64,000 bases of DNA, taken from NCBI GenBank assembly GCA_036785375.1, contig JAWMAR010000416.1, forward strand, positions 930,001 through 994,000. The letters are read 5' to 3'. The number at the start of each line of letters is the position of its first letter. Within the stretch, counting starts at the first letter, position 1. Source of the DNA: Leucoraja ocellata. Lineage: Eukaryota. The notes under the pieces are model-generated. The model saw only the letters and a program-made list of their open reading frames with translations. It was not told the origin of the DNA and did not search any database. This document shows positions 51,248 through 62,894 of the stretch, piece after piece. The position numbers were made by a program, and so were the translations under genes.

Positions 51248-51839
51248 TGCCCTTCCAAAAGCCACCTACCACTCAGTCCCCCAACCACATTTTGGAAAAA
51301 CTGATGACCTAGCACCTACTCCCTGGTTCCAAGCAGAAACTCAAGGTAGACACAAAATGCTGGAGTAACACAGTGGGACAGGCAGCATCTTTGGAGAGAA
51401 GGTATGTGTGACGTTTCGGGTCGAGACCCTTCTTCAGACCAGGAGGATCTGGTACAGCAAGCCAAGCAGTGCTGGTCTGACGAAGCAGATGAGATCATTC
51501 GCCACTGCTTTGAGTCGGAGGACTGGTTCAGATTCAAGGACTCTGAGGTTAAGCTAAATGAATATGTCACTGCTTTCACAGACTTCAACAGCAAGTGTGT
51601 TGAGGCATGCATACCAAAGAAGACGACACGTGTGTTCTCCAACCAGAAAACATGGGAGAACCATGAGGACCACCCTGATGTGAAGTCCAAGTTTGCAGCA
51701 TTCAAGCATAATGATTCCACGTGATACAAGGAATATATCTTGCATTTGCAAAAACATTAAGGATACCAAAATTCCAGACCAACCTGGAGTCTCGTGGCAA
51801 CTGCACAGACACACATAGATTGCAGCAAGACTTGCGTAC

Positions 51840-52060
51840 TGTAGATTGGCTATTTCCTACTAGCCAATTATAGTGCTTGTTAGTAGTGACTCCGCCTATT
51901 ATGCTCTTTATATTATCAAGCTTGCCTATACTAGTTAGTACGAGTAGCTGCTAGGAAATGTAATGTCTTGCAGATCTATGCTGTAAGTAGATTTAATAAA
52001 CATGTGTTGTAGCTTGATATGTGTTCGACTCAACTCATTACATGGTGTCAGAAGTGGGAT
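51840..52060 (+). mobile_element. Gypsy LTR (51840-52042) and tRNA-Leu primer-binding site (52043-52060)
   Basis: TGTA…TACA termini and AATAAA near 51995, immediately followed by TGGTGTCAGAAGTGGGAT (complement of the tRNA-Leu(CAG) 3' end including CCA). Confidence 0.8.
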
Positions 52061-54140
52061 GATGTGTTGTTTTTCCAGCCAGCCATGCCGGATGACTGCA
52101 GACAGCAATTGTAAAGTCTCATCAGCAGCTGTGTGTTCTGCAAGGCTGCTCAAGCAATCAGTCGGAACACACGATACCTTTACTGATAACTGGTGCTGTT
52201 CAGAGTTGTTGTTCATTGGTTTTGCGTGGGTCTCTTGATAGTGTATCAGCTTCTTATAGACCATGTTGAAATCAAATCGCTGCATTTGCATCATCATTTG
52301 TTGTGGTCGTGCTAGGGCAGCGTGAATGGGTTTGTTCAAAATAGTGACCAGCGTCTGGTGGTCAGTTTCTATAGTCACAGACTTCCCAAAGATAAAGTCC
52401 TTGAATTTCGTGCAGGCGAAAACCACTGTGACCGATTCTTTTTTGATCTGGGAGTAACGTTGTTCAGTGTCAGTTAGAGTGCGAGAGGCATACGAAATGT
52501 GCTTGCAGTCACCATTGGTAGTGGTCTGCAGGCAAGCAGCGCCAAGTCCGCTCTGGGACGCATTGCAGGTGAGCGTTACTGGTAACTCCAAAGCAAAGTA
52601 GGCGAGAGTAGGTGCGCTAGCCAGCTGCAATTTGAGAGTGTCAAAAGTTCTTTGGTGCTACAGATACCAGGACCATGCAGCGTCCTTGTGTGTCAGTTCT
52701 CGCGGGGGGGGGGGCAGATATGTTGCTGAGGTTGTGAATAAATTTCCCCAGGTAGTTGACCATTCCAAGGAACCTTTGTAGGCTCATGGCATCAGCAGGA
52801 ACCTGGATTTCGTTGATAGCTGCAGTTTTTGATGGGTCTGGTCTGAGACCATCACTTGTGAAGACATGTCCGACGTAGGTAACTTCTGGAACTCAAAACC
52901 TGCACTTCAGGGGATTGAGTTTGATTTGAATGTCTTTGGCACGGCCTAGTACTTTTTTCAGATTGGCGTCATGTTCAGCCAAATGATGTCCGTAGACGAG
53001 AATGTCATCAACAATTATGGCGCATGGGTACTCAACAAACAATTGTTCCATCGTGCGCTGGAAAACTTCGCTGGCGGAGTTGATGCCAAAGGGCATTCTC
53101 AGAAATTTGTTTCAGCCAAAGGGGGTGCTGAACGTTGTGAGATTGGACGAGTCTGGGTCCAGTGGAATCTGCCAAAACAAGCTCTTGGCATCCAGAACAG
53201 AGAATACTGATCTGAGCAGCAGCTTCCTCTAATGCTCGCATAGGGCAGTGCAGGCGTTTAATGGCAGTTAAGATTTCTGGGGTTTATGCAGATATGGATC
53301 TCCTCCTTGTTTTTCTTTGTCGCGACTACCATGGTGGAAACCCAGTCAGATGGGTCAGTAACTTCAGCAATAACACCCGTGGAGACCATCCGCTTGAGTT
53401 CATTGTGTACTCTGTCATGCATGGCATGCAGAACACGATGTGGTGCTTGGACCACAGGAGTGACATTGGGATCAACAACAATGTGATAGTTGATAGGCAA
53501 CTTGCTAAGCTTGTCGTTAAACAGATCTTTGTATTGATAGAGTACCTGTTGAGTAGGTCCGTCAGCGAGAAAGAGTTGATGGACGGCACGGCCAAAGTAT
53601 ACCAGACCTAGATCGTGGCATGCATTGATACCGAGCAAAGTCTCTGAATCCCCCTTAACAATATAAAACTTTAAGGTACGGGTCTGCTCGTCTATGGTGC
53701 ACGTTAAATCAGTTTGTCCAAGAGGGTGTAGAACATCTCCCCCGTAAGCCCGAAGTGTGGCCGAGGCCTTTTCAATATGTTCAGCAATACGAATTATTTA
53801 AAACTCTGATAATGAGATGATGTTGCATTTGGCGCCAGTATCAACCTTAGTGATCAAAGGCCTGTTATTCACAAACATGGTTACCTCAGGGTCAAGTTGC
53901 TCATTAGACGAAGGGAGGAGAGAGTGGATGGCAGAACTGGTATCTGTACTTACTGAGAATGGAGCGAGGTATGGCAAGTCAGGCTCTTGGAAGTCATTAG
54001 CAGGAAGCTCATGTTGTAGCAGGTGCAGGTTTGTCCTTGAAGCTGCTTGAGTCACATGGGAATGGCAGCATCGAGCAAAGTGGTTTAACTTCTTGCAGAA
54101 AGTACAGGCTTTACCATAAGCAACGCAGAACTGCCGACCC
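52061..54140 (-). pseudogene. Degraded Ty3/Gypsy gag-pol (zinc knuckle, protease, RT, RNase H)
   Basis: CTFCKKLNHFARCC CCHC knuckle (~54070-54110), KVDTGAKCNII protease, MPFGINSASEVFQR…IVDDILVYG RT, SYASRTLTDTEQRYSQIKKE RNase H. Contains frameshifts and stops. Confidence 0.92.
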
Positions 54141-54884
54141 GTAGCATGAATATTACAACAAACAACAAAGCGAAGCCAGGCGGTATCACTGGCAACAATG
54201 GGTCCCTCCCAGGTGAGCTCAATGCATTCTACACTTGCTTGGAACTAAAGGTCTGTGGTGGAATGTCACCCTCTTTATATCCTGCTTTAGCTGTTATAGG
54301 CTCACAGAATAATGAAAGGCATAGATAGAGTGGATGTGGAAGGGATGTTTCCACTGGTGGGAGAGTCTAGGACCAGAGGTCATGGCCTCAGAATTAAAGG
54401 GCAATCTTTTAAAAAGGAGGTGAGGAGGAACTTCGTTAATCAGGGGCAAAGATCCTAGAGGAGCAAGATAGACCACTCCTTCGAAATTCAATGGGCTGGC
54501 GTGTAGTACGTGACGGAACGTCACGGCCGCCATTTTTCAATGCGACACGTGACTTCCGGTATGCCACCCGCTGTGATCCAAAGCAAAGATTATAGAGCTC
54601 CACTATAATCTTTGATCCAAAGCAAAGATCCTCGAGTATCTTGTAGCGGGAACAGCCCCCTCCTTTGCGTAGTTTCCCTTGCATTGTATTGCTTTAACAC
54701 ACACTGCACAAAATTAAATTTAACGTATACATATTATATATATTTATATGAATGTGTGTCTGTGTGTGAGAGGCAAGTTAGAGATAGTTAAGTTTATTCT
54801 CATGGATCAGAAGCAACTTTGATTTAAATAATCACTATTAATTTATTTGTCTTGTAAGATGATATACATAAACCATAAAGGCAA

Positions 54885-55170
54885 TTATATATATAATTAT
54901 ATAGTAATAATATATATATGCATATATATATTTATACACACATATATATACACATACATATATACACACACATATATACACATACATACGTATACACATG
55001 CATATGCACACATACAAATACACACATACATATGGATACATTTATATGCATACATACACACATATAAACATATATATACATACATGTATACACACATATA
55101 CATATACATGCATATATACACATACATGCATATATATACACATGCATATATATTTATACATATGATTAAC
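54885..55170 (+). repeat. (TA/CA) compound microsatellite
   Basis: Alternating purine-pyrimidine TATACA-type tract. Confidence 0.95.
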
Positions 55171-55174
55171 ATGT

Positions 55175-56565
55175 AGAGGAACCAACGAGAGAGCAGGCTA
55201 TTTTAAACTGGGTATTGAGTAATGAGGAAGGGTTAGTTAGCAATCTTGTTGTACGTGCCCCCTTGGGCAAGAGTGACCATAATATGGTTGAGTTCTTCAT
55301 TAGGCAGGCAGTGACTAGTGGGGTACCGCAAGGCTCAGTGCTGGGACCCCAGCTATTTACAATATATATTAATGATCTGGATGAGGGAATTGAAAGCAAT
55401 ATCTCCAAGTTTGCGGATGACACTAAGCTGGGGGGCAGTGTTAGCTGTGAGGAGGATGCTAGGAGACTGCAAGGTGACTTGGATAGGCTGGGTGAGTGGG
55501 CAAATGTTTGGCAGATGCAGCATAATGTGGATAAATGTGAGGTTATCCATTTTGGTGGCAAAAACAGGAAAGCAGACTATTATCTAGATGGCGGCCGACT
55601 AGGAAAAGGGGAGATGCAGCGAGACCTGGGTGTCATGGTACACCAGTCATTGAAAGTAGGCATGCAGGTGCAGCAGGCAGTGAAGAAAGCGAATGGTATG
55701 TTAGCTTTCATAGCGAAAGGATTTGAGTATAGGAGCAGGGAGTTTCTACTGCAGTTGTACAGGGTCTTGGTGAGACCACACCTGGAGTATTGCGTACAGT
55801 TTTGGTCTCCAAATCTGAGGAAGGACATTATTGCCATAGAGGGAGTGCAGAGAAGGTTCACCAGACTGATTCCTGGGATGTCAGGACTGTCTTATGAAGA
55901 AAGACTGGATACACTTGGTTTATACTCTCTAGAATTTAGGAGATTGAGAGGGGATCTTATAGAAACTTACAAAATTCTTAAGGGGTTGGACAGACTAGAT
56001 GCAGGAAGATTGCTCCCAATGTTGGGGAAGTCCAGGACAAGGGGTCACAGCTTAAGGATAAGGGGGAAATCCTTTAAAACCGAGATGAGAAGAACCTTTT
56101 TCACACAGAGAGTGGTGAATCTCTGGAACTCTCTGCCGCAGAGGGTAGTCGAAGCCAGTTCATTGGCTATATTTAAGAGGGAGTTAGATGTGGCCCTTGT
56201 GGCTAAGGGGATCAGAGGGTATGGAGAGAAGGCAGGTACGGGATACTGAGTTGGATGATCAGCCATGATCATGTTGAATGGCGGTGCAAACCTCGAAGGG
56301 CCGAATGGCCTACTCCTGCACCTAATTTCTATGTTTCTATTATTTTCCAACGATCAATAGATTTACGATCAGTTCCTGTGGATTGGAGGATAGCTAATGC
56401 TATCCCACTTTTCAAGAAAGGAGCGAGAGAGAAAACGGGGAATTACAGACCAGTTAGCCTGACTTTGGTGGTGTGAAAGATGCTGGAGTCAATTATTAAA
56501 GATGTAATAATGGGACATTTGGATAGCAGTAAAAGGATTAGTCCAAGTCAACATGGATTTATGAT
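55175..56565 (+). mobile_element. CR1 LINE composite: young 3' RT fragment (55303-56340) between two upstream CR1 pieces
   Basis: ORF 55215..56249 has SDHNMVEF fused to GVPQGSVLGP…FADDTKL…WNSLP. After the tail comes VPVDWRIANAIPLFKKG…NYRPVSLT. Confidence 0.92.
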
Positions 56566-56857
56566 TTTACAATGCATTTAAGCCTCTCCCATTTTTATGA
56601 GATTAATTCCTGGAATATGTAGGAAGTATATTGTAACCTAGTGCTACTTGCCTGAACAATGGATGATATATCACTTAAATGCAATTGTTTTCAGTTGTGT
56701 GGAGAGACCTGTATATTGAAAATGCGTTTTGCCTCTAATATGTCAATTTACCTTAAATGTAGAAGAGCTTATTAAAATCTTCTTACAAAGACCATTAAGT
56801 ATTTTCTATCTATCCTCTTTTGGACCCAAGGCATAGCAGAGCTGCCAACTCTCACGA

Positions 56858-57120
56858 AGAGGTAAGGGAGGGAGAGATGGAAGGGAGGGAGAGAGGGAAG
56901 GGAGGGAGATCGCGAAGAGAGGGAGAGAGAGAGAGAGAGAGAGAGAGATCGAGAGAAGAGAGGGGAGCGAGAGATCGAGAGGAGGGGAGAGAGAGATCGA
57001 GAGAAGAGAGGGAGAAGGGGGGAGAGGGAGAAGGGGAAAGGGGGGGACAGGGAGAAGGGGGGAGGGAGAAGGGGGACAGGGACAAGGGGGAGAGGGAGAA
57101 GGGGGAGAGGGAGAGTGGAA
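56858..57120 (+). repeat. Polypurine (GA) low-complexity tract
   Basis: G/A-rich with GAGATCGAGA units. Confidence 0.9.
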
Positions 57121-58129
57121 CGATAGCACATTATAACGCGCAGCCGTCCCATTCCGACCAAAGATTATAGAGCAGAGCTCCACTAGTATCTTTGATTGCG
57201 GCCGCCGCCACCAAACCCCCCGATCCACCATTGCACCCAAAGATAGAGCAGTTATATAATATTTGATTGCACCCTTCTTCACGACGGGCTTGTGATTTTT
57301 GCTTGTGATGTCTTGTATGTATGTGAGTGTTGTTTGCTATGTCCCTATGTTCGAGGAATATAATGGGTAACAGCCGCCCATTCTCGGACTTGAATCTGAG
57401 CTCGAAAAATCTCCTGGTCACTGGACCTGATGTGTCCGCGGGCCATATTGTGGAGACTAATCCTTTACAAAACAAAACCAAAAACGTACAGAAGTGTTAA
57501 AATTGTCTTTATTATTGTGGTGAGTAAAGAACTATTAAAAATAAGTCTAATAACTTTCTAATGTACCGACAAACCCAGTTTCCCAATGGCCGTTGATGGG
57601 AGAACAGAAAATAACATTTTCACGACAGAATATCGACTGAAAATAATAAAAATATTTTCTCACCTTTCTTTTTTATTGGGGAACCTAAAGAGTGACAGGT
57701 TGGGTCATTTAGATTTACGATTAGAATACTTGATAGCAGAGCAGTGAGATGAAATTTAGATAAGGACGCCATGACAGTGTGGGGGAAGCCCAATAAATGC
57801 CTCGAAAAATGGCGTCGACGATCACACACGTCATACTACGCGTTTTTCGAGGAGTGGTCTATCTTGCTCCTCTAGGATCTTTGATCAGGGGGTCGTTAAT
57901 CTGTGGAACAAATTGCTACAAAGGGCTGTGTAGGTCGTCAGTGGATACTTTTAAGGCAGAAATAGACTAATTATTGATTGGAACGGGTGTCGAGGGTTAT
58001 GATGAGAAGGCAGGAAAATGGGATTAAGTGGCAGAGATCACCCATGATTGAATGGCTGAGTAGACGGGATGGGCTGAATGGCATAATTCTACTCCTATCT
58101 CTTGTGAACGTAGCCCGAGGCTCGGCTAT

Positions 58130-58660
58130 CGTTTCACTGAACACCTCCGCATAGTCCGCCTAGGCCTTCGTAATCTCCCGTTTGCTAAACACTTCAACAC
58201 CCCCTCCCATTCCCACACTGACCTTTCTGTCCTGGGCCTCCTCCACTGTCAGAGTGAGGTCCAATGACAATTGGAGATACAATACCCCATATTTTGCTTG
58301 GGCAGCTTACAACCCAGCCGATTGAATATTGACCTGTAACTGAATAACCCTTCCTTTCCCTCTCTCTCCTTCCCTCCCCATACAATTTCTCAGATTAGTT
58401 TCACTGTCCTTCGGTTTAATATTACTGATTGTATGCCTCCCTGTCACCTGCCCCTCAGCCAACAATGAACCATTCTACATTTCCTTATCCCCGTTGGCCT
58501 AGACCTGTCGTTTTCACACCTTCCCTTCCATATCTCTAGTCTCCCTCTCCCCTGACTCTCAGTCTGAAGAAGGGGTTCGACCCGAAACATCACCCGTTCC
58601 TTCTCTCCGGAGATGCTGCCTGTCCCGCCGAGTTACTCCAGCATTTTGTGCCTATCTTTA
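58130..58660 (+). mobile_element. Penelope-like 3' remnant with pseudo-LTR and hammerhead motif
   Basis: GAACACCTCCGC…CACTTCAAC…CCCATTCCC endonuclease remnant; CTGAAGAAGGGGTTCGACCCGAAAC at 58564. Confidence 0.78.
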
Positions 58661-59610
58661 GCCCGAGACAACCTTGCTTGTTATCCACAACCGTGCCAAT
58701 TTTCACATAATCCGCACGTAGTTTCACATAATACTAATAACACCTCCAACATTCACACCCAAATTAATAATGTATATTACAAACAGCAAAGATCTCAACA
58801 CAATCTCTCTGATGCACCGTGGATCACAGACTTCCAATATGAAGAAACAATACTCTGCTACCCTCTGCCTCCTATCATTAAGCTAATTTGGAATCTAATT
58901 CGCCAGCATTTCCTGTTCAACATGAGCCTTACACTTCAGTACCTTATCAAATAGAGTCAAACAGCATGAAAACAGGCCATTCAGCCCAACTCATCCATAG
59001 TGATTAAGATGCCCCAACTACACGTGTCCCACCACCCCACATTTAGCCAATATCCCTCTAAACCTTTCTGATCCATGTCCAAATGTCTTTTAAATGTTGT
59101 TATAGTACTTGCCTCAACTACCTCCTCAATCAGTTCAGTCCCTATACCCATCACTCTCCTGTGTGAAAAAGTTGTCCCCCAGGTTCCTATTAAATATTTC
59201 CCCTCTCACCTTAAATCTATTACCTCTGCTTCTTGATTCCCCTACTCTGGGTAAAAGTCTCTCTCATACCTATTAAATATTTCCCCTCTCACCTTAAATC
59301 TATTACCTCTGCTTCTTGATTCCCCTACTCTGGGTAAAAGTCTCTCTCATACCTTTAAAAAAAAATTCTCCCCTCACCTTAAATTACCCTCTCGATTTGG
59401 ACTGTTTTTGCCCATTTACACTAACCTCATCTACCTTATCTATTTCCCTCATGATCTTATACACCATAAGATCCCCCCTCATCCTACTGCATTTCAACAA
59501 ATACATTCTCAGCATGCCCATCCTCACCATATAGCTCAGACCCTCAACACCTGGCAACATCCTTGTAAATCTTCTGTGCTCTCTTTCCTTCTTTGCAGCA
59601 TCTCTCCTAT

Positions 59611-60670
59611 GTAGCAATGTTTGTAGCAAAATTTTGAGATTTTAAAAATCAAGTCTTTAATTTATCCCATCAGATAAAGCATAAAAAGAAGTTTAATTTG
59701 ACACTTAATTCACTTCCATATCTTCAGTATTAAAAAAGGTATGGCCATTTTCATACTCGGAAATTGGCATCTTGTTCCCTATTGCTTTTTCGTTGATTTA
59801 ACACAAAAGCTGTGATCGAGAACATTTAAAAGCCGACAACTTTCTTAAAATTTAAGAGAACTGAAAGAAATGTTCAGTTATTATAGATTGAAGCATTCTG
59901 AAACAAATAAGAAACAATCTTACTTAGATGACTTGAAATTAAAGTATACAATTAGTTAGTTACCTAATTGTAGCTAATTACAAAATTCAATTACTAGATC
60001 TGAACATCTATCCATTTCTTAAGAATAGATTAAATAGCCTAAGTGTCCAAATAACATTCACACAAGAATTCAGAATATAACATCATTTTTAAATCTCATT
60101 GTCATGGGTTTATAGGTCAAATGGAAGGAATTTAATGTTTAATACCTGTAAATTAATGGCCATTTAAATCAGCTTGCAAGTGGGATTTTCTGGAACGGGA
60201 CCATTTGGAACGTTCAGAATGTGGTGAATTTATACCCCCATATCGGCAGCGAATACACTGCCGGTTCTTCGGGGGAAAAAAATCACCGTTTCACAACTTA
60301 AAATATGAATTAATTACATCTTACAAAACACTTTAATACATAAAAATAAACTACTTTCTTTTACCTGGTCCTCCATAAAATCCGTCCCAGTTGTCGGCAT
60401 TGACGGCTTCAGAAGCTGGTTTTAAAATGACTCCAGCGATTAACTTTTTTTTTTTAAAACACACAGAACGGCCGTAGGAACGATTCTTTAGCAAAATCTT
60501 GCACTCCAACAAATATAATTCAGGACCAGGTCGGGAAAAAACCCCGTTTTAACCACCCCCCCCCCCCCCCCCCCCCCCCCCACCCACCTCAAACGCGCCA
60601 AAATCGCGCACACGGCCAGTGGCAGAATTGCAGCGCCGCTGAAGGTAAGTTTTGTAACATACATACCCTA
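59611..60670. mobile_element. Unclassified ~1-kb non-coding DNA-transposon-like insertion in a CR1 fragment
   Basis: CR1 sequence is interrupted at CCTAT(G) and resumes at CCTATGGCAG. Imperfect inverted ends ATGTTTGTAGCAAAA / TTTTGTAACATACAT. Confidence 0.5.
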
Positions 60671-61007
60671 TGGCAGCCTGACCACAACTGAACACAATAC
60701 TCCAAACGGGCCTCATAAACATCCTGTGCAACTGCAACATGACCTCCAACTATTATACTTAATAATCTGACTGATGATGGTCAATGTGCTGAAAGCCACT
60801 TTCAATGATCTATGTACCTGCACTATAGAATCCACTGCTCTACAACATTCCTTGGGGCCCTACCATTCATTGTGGAGGTCCTGGCCTGGTTCAACATCCT
60901 AATATGCAACACCTCGCACTCATCTGCATTAAATTCCATTAACCATTCCTCAGCCCACTTGCCCAACTATTCCTGCTGTAGTTTTTGATAAATATATTCA
61001 CTATCTT

Positions 61008-61420
61008 CACTGAACACCTCATCTCAGTCCGTCTTAACCTACCTGATCTCCCGGTGGCTCAACACTTCATCTCCCCCTCCCATTCCCAATCTGACCTTTC
61101 TGTCCTGGGTCTCCTCCATTGTCAGAGTGAGGCACAGCGCAAATTGGAGGAACAGTACCTAATTTTTCGCTTGGGTCGTTACACCCCAGCGGTATGAACA
61201 TTGACTTCTCTAACTTCAGATAGCCCTTGCTTCTCTCCTTCCCTTCCCCTTCACAGTTCTCCCTCCAGTCTTACTGTCTCCGACTACATTCTATCTTTGT
61301 CCCACCCCCTCCCCTGACATCAGTCTGAAGAAAGGTCTTGACCCAAAACGTCACCCATTCCTTCTCTCCAGAGATGCTGCCTCACCTGCTGAGTTACTTC
61401 AGCATTTTGTGTCTACCTTC
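61008..61420 (+). mobile_element. Penelope-like 3' remnant
   Basis: ORF 60985..61197 EHLISVRLNLPDLPVAQHF…RKLEEQYLIFRLG, followed by pseudo-LTR with CTGAAGA at 61325. Confidence 0.8.
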
Positions 61421-62894
61421 ACTATCTTCCACCCATCTAGCACCCATTTTGGTGTCATCTACAAACTTACTAATCACACCCTGGATATTTTCATCCAAAT
61501 CATTGATAGAAACCACAAACAGCAATGCGCCCAGCAGAAATCCCTGAAACACCCTGAAGATGGAATTCTCAGCCTCAGAGGGCAGTGGAGGCGGGTTATC
61601 TGGATGCTTTCAAGAGAGAGCTAGATAGGGCTCTTAAAAATAGCGGAGTCAGGGGATATGGGAGAAGGCAGGAATGGGGTACTGATTGGGGATGATCAGC
61701 CATGATCACATTGAATGGCGGTGCTGGCCCGAACGGCCGAATGGCCTACTCCTGCACCTATTGTCTATTGTATATTATATATTATCTATTGTCTATTGTC
61801 ACACCACTAGTCACAGGCCTCTATCTGAAAAACAACCTTCCACCATCACCCTCTGTTTCCTTCCACAAACCTACTTTTCTATCCAGTCAGCTTTTTCTCG
61901 CTAGATCCAAAGAGATCTAACCTTCCAGAGCAGCCTACCATGCAGAACCTTATTAAATGCCTTGCTGAAATCCATATAGACAATGTCTACGGCTCTGCCC
62001 TCATCAACCTTTTTGGTTACGTACCTCTTCAAAATAACTCAACCAGATTTGTGAGGCACAATTTGCCACGTACAAAATCATGCTGACCACCTCAATTAGC
62101 CCCTGTATATCCAAATGCATATGTATCTTATCCCTCAGACTACTCTGCAGCAAATTGCCTACACCAGATGCTAGGCAGCCCTTCTTAAATAGCCGCATTA
62201 GCCACATTAGCCACTTTCCATTACTTCTGGCATCTACCCTACTAAACTCCATATATAAAACATTTACTGCTCTGCCTTCAATAATCTCAAAATAACTCAA
62301 TCAAATTATTGAGACAATGATTACAAAACCACGCTGACTGTTGCTAATCAGTGTCACACTATTGGATTTTCTCTAATAATTTCCTTACCACTGACATAAG
62401 CTTCACTATTCTATAGTCACCTGCCTTATCCTTGCTGGGAAGACAAAGTGCTAGAATTCCTGTTAGCCTTCTTAAATAAAGTAACAACATTAGCCATCAT
62501 CCAGTCTTTTTGTGTTTTACTTCTGGCGAATAAAGTCACAAAAATTCTCACCTGGGCCCCTACAATGTTTCTTAATAACATTCTGGGACAGGTCTCATCC
62601 AATCCTGGGAAATTTTCCACCTTATGTTACAGTCACAGTTTTGTTTATTGTACAGTGAAAAGCTTTTGTTGAGTGCTATGCAGTCAGCAGAAAGCCAATA
62701 CTTGACTACAATCAAGCCATTTCCAGTGTATAGATACATGACAAGGGATTATGTGTGTTAAGGCATCCAATACCTCCACCTCCTTACTGCCTATAGTCCA
62801 GATAATCTATTTATCACTCCCTGTTCACTATCCTTCTTCAACATTGTGAAGAAATTCCCTTACCCGAAAACAACCTATGGTGGAGGCAGGAACA

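Larger units (their letters stand above)
48400..54290 (+). mobile_element. Old Rex/L2-group LINE (endonuclease onward) fragmented by nested insertions
   Basis: Colinear pieces: ANIQAIENTLDELKARL…CLLCFTETW (~48430-48540), KGGGVCF…VGDFNSANL (~50000-50350), CWSDEAD…CFESEDW (~51440-51835), ELNAFY (~54146-54290). Confidence 0.65.
54447..57883. mobile_element. Non-autonomous P-element-like DNA transposon
   Basis: 34-bp perfect TIR CAAAGATCCTAGAGGAGCAAGATAGACCACTCCT; perfect 8-bp TSD ATCAGGGG (54439-54446, 57884-57891). It splits a CR1 fragment reading RRNFVNQG|VVNLWN. Confidence 0.8.

Noticed and set aside
54838-55176. Tyr/Ile/His/Cys-rich ORFs
   Set aside because: Translation of a TA/CA microsatellite.
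54576-57273. CRISPR-like reading of the palindromic CAAAGAT repeats
   Set aside because: No regular spacer periodicity and no cas genes in a vertebrate context. Each palindrome has its own 8-bp duplication, typical of transposon remnants.
59187-59357. ~83-bp tandem duplication, and 30-bp duplication at ~14345-14405
   Set aside because: Ordinary slippage duplications inside CR1 remnants.
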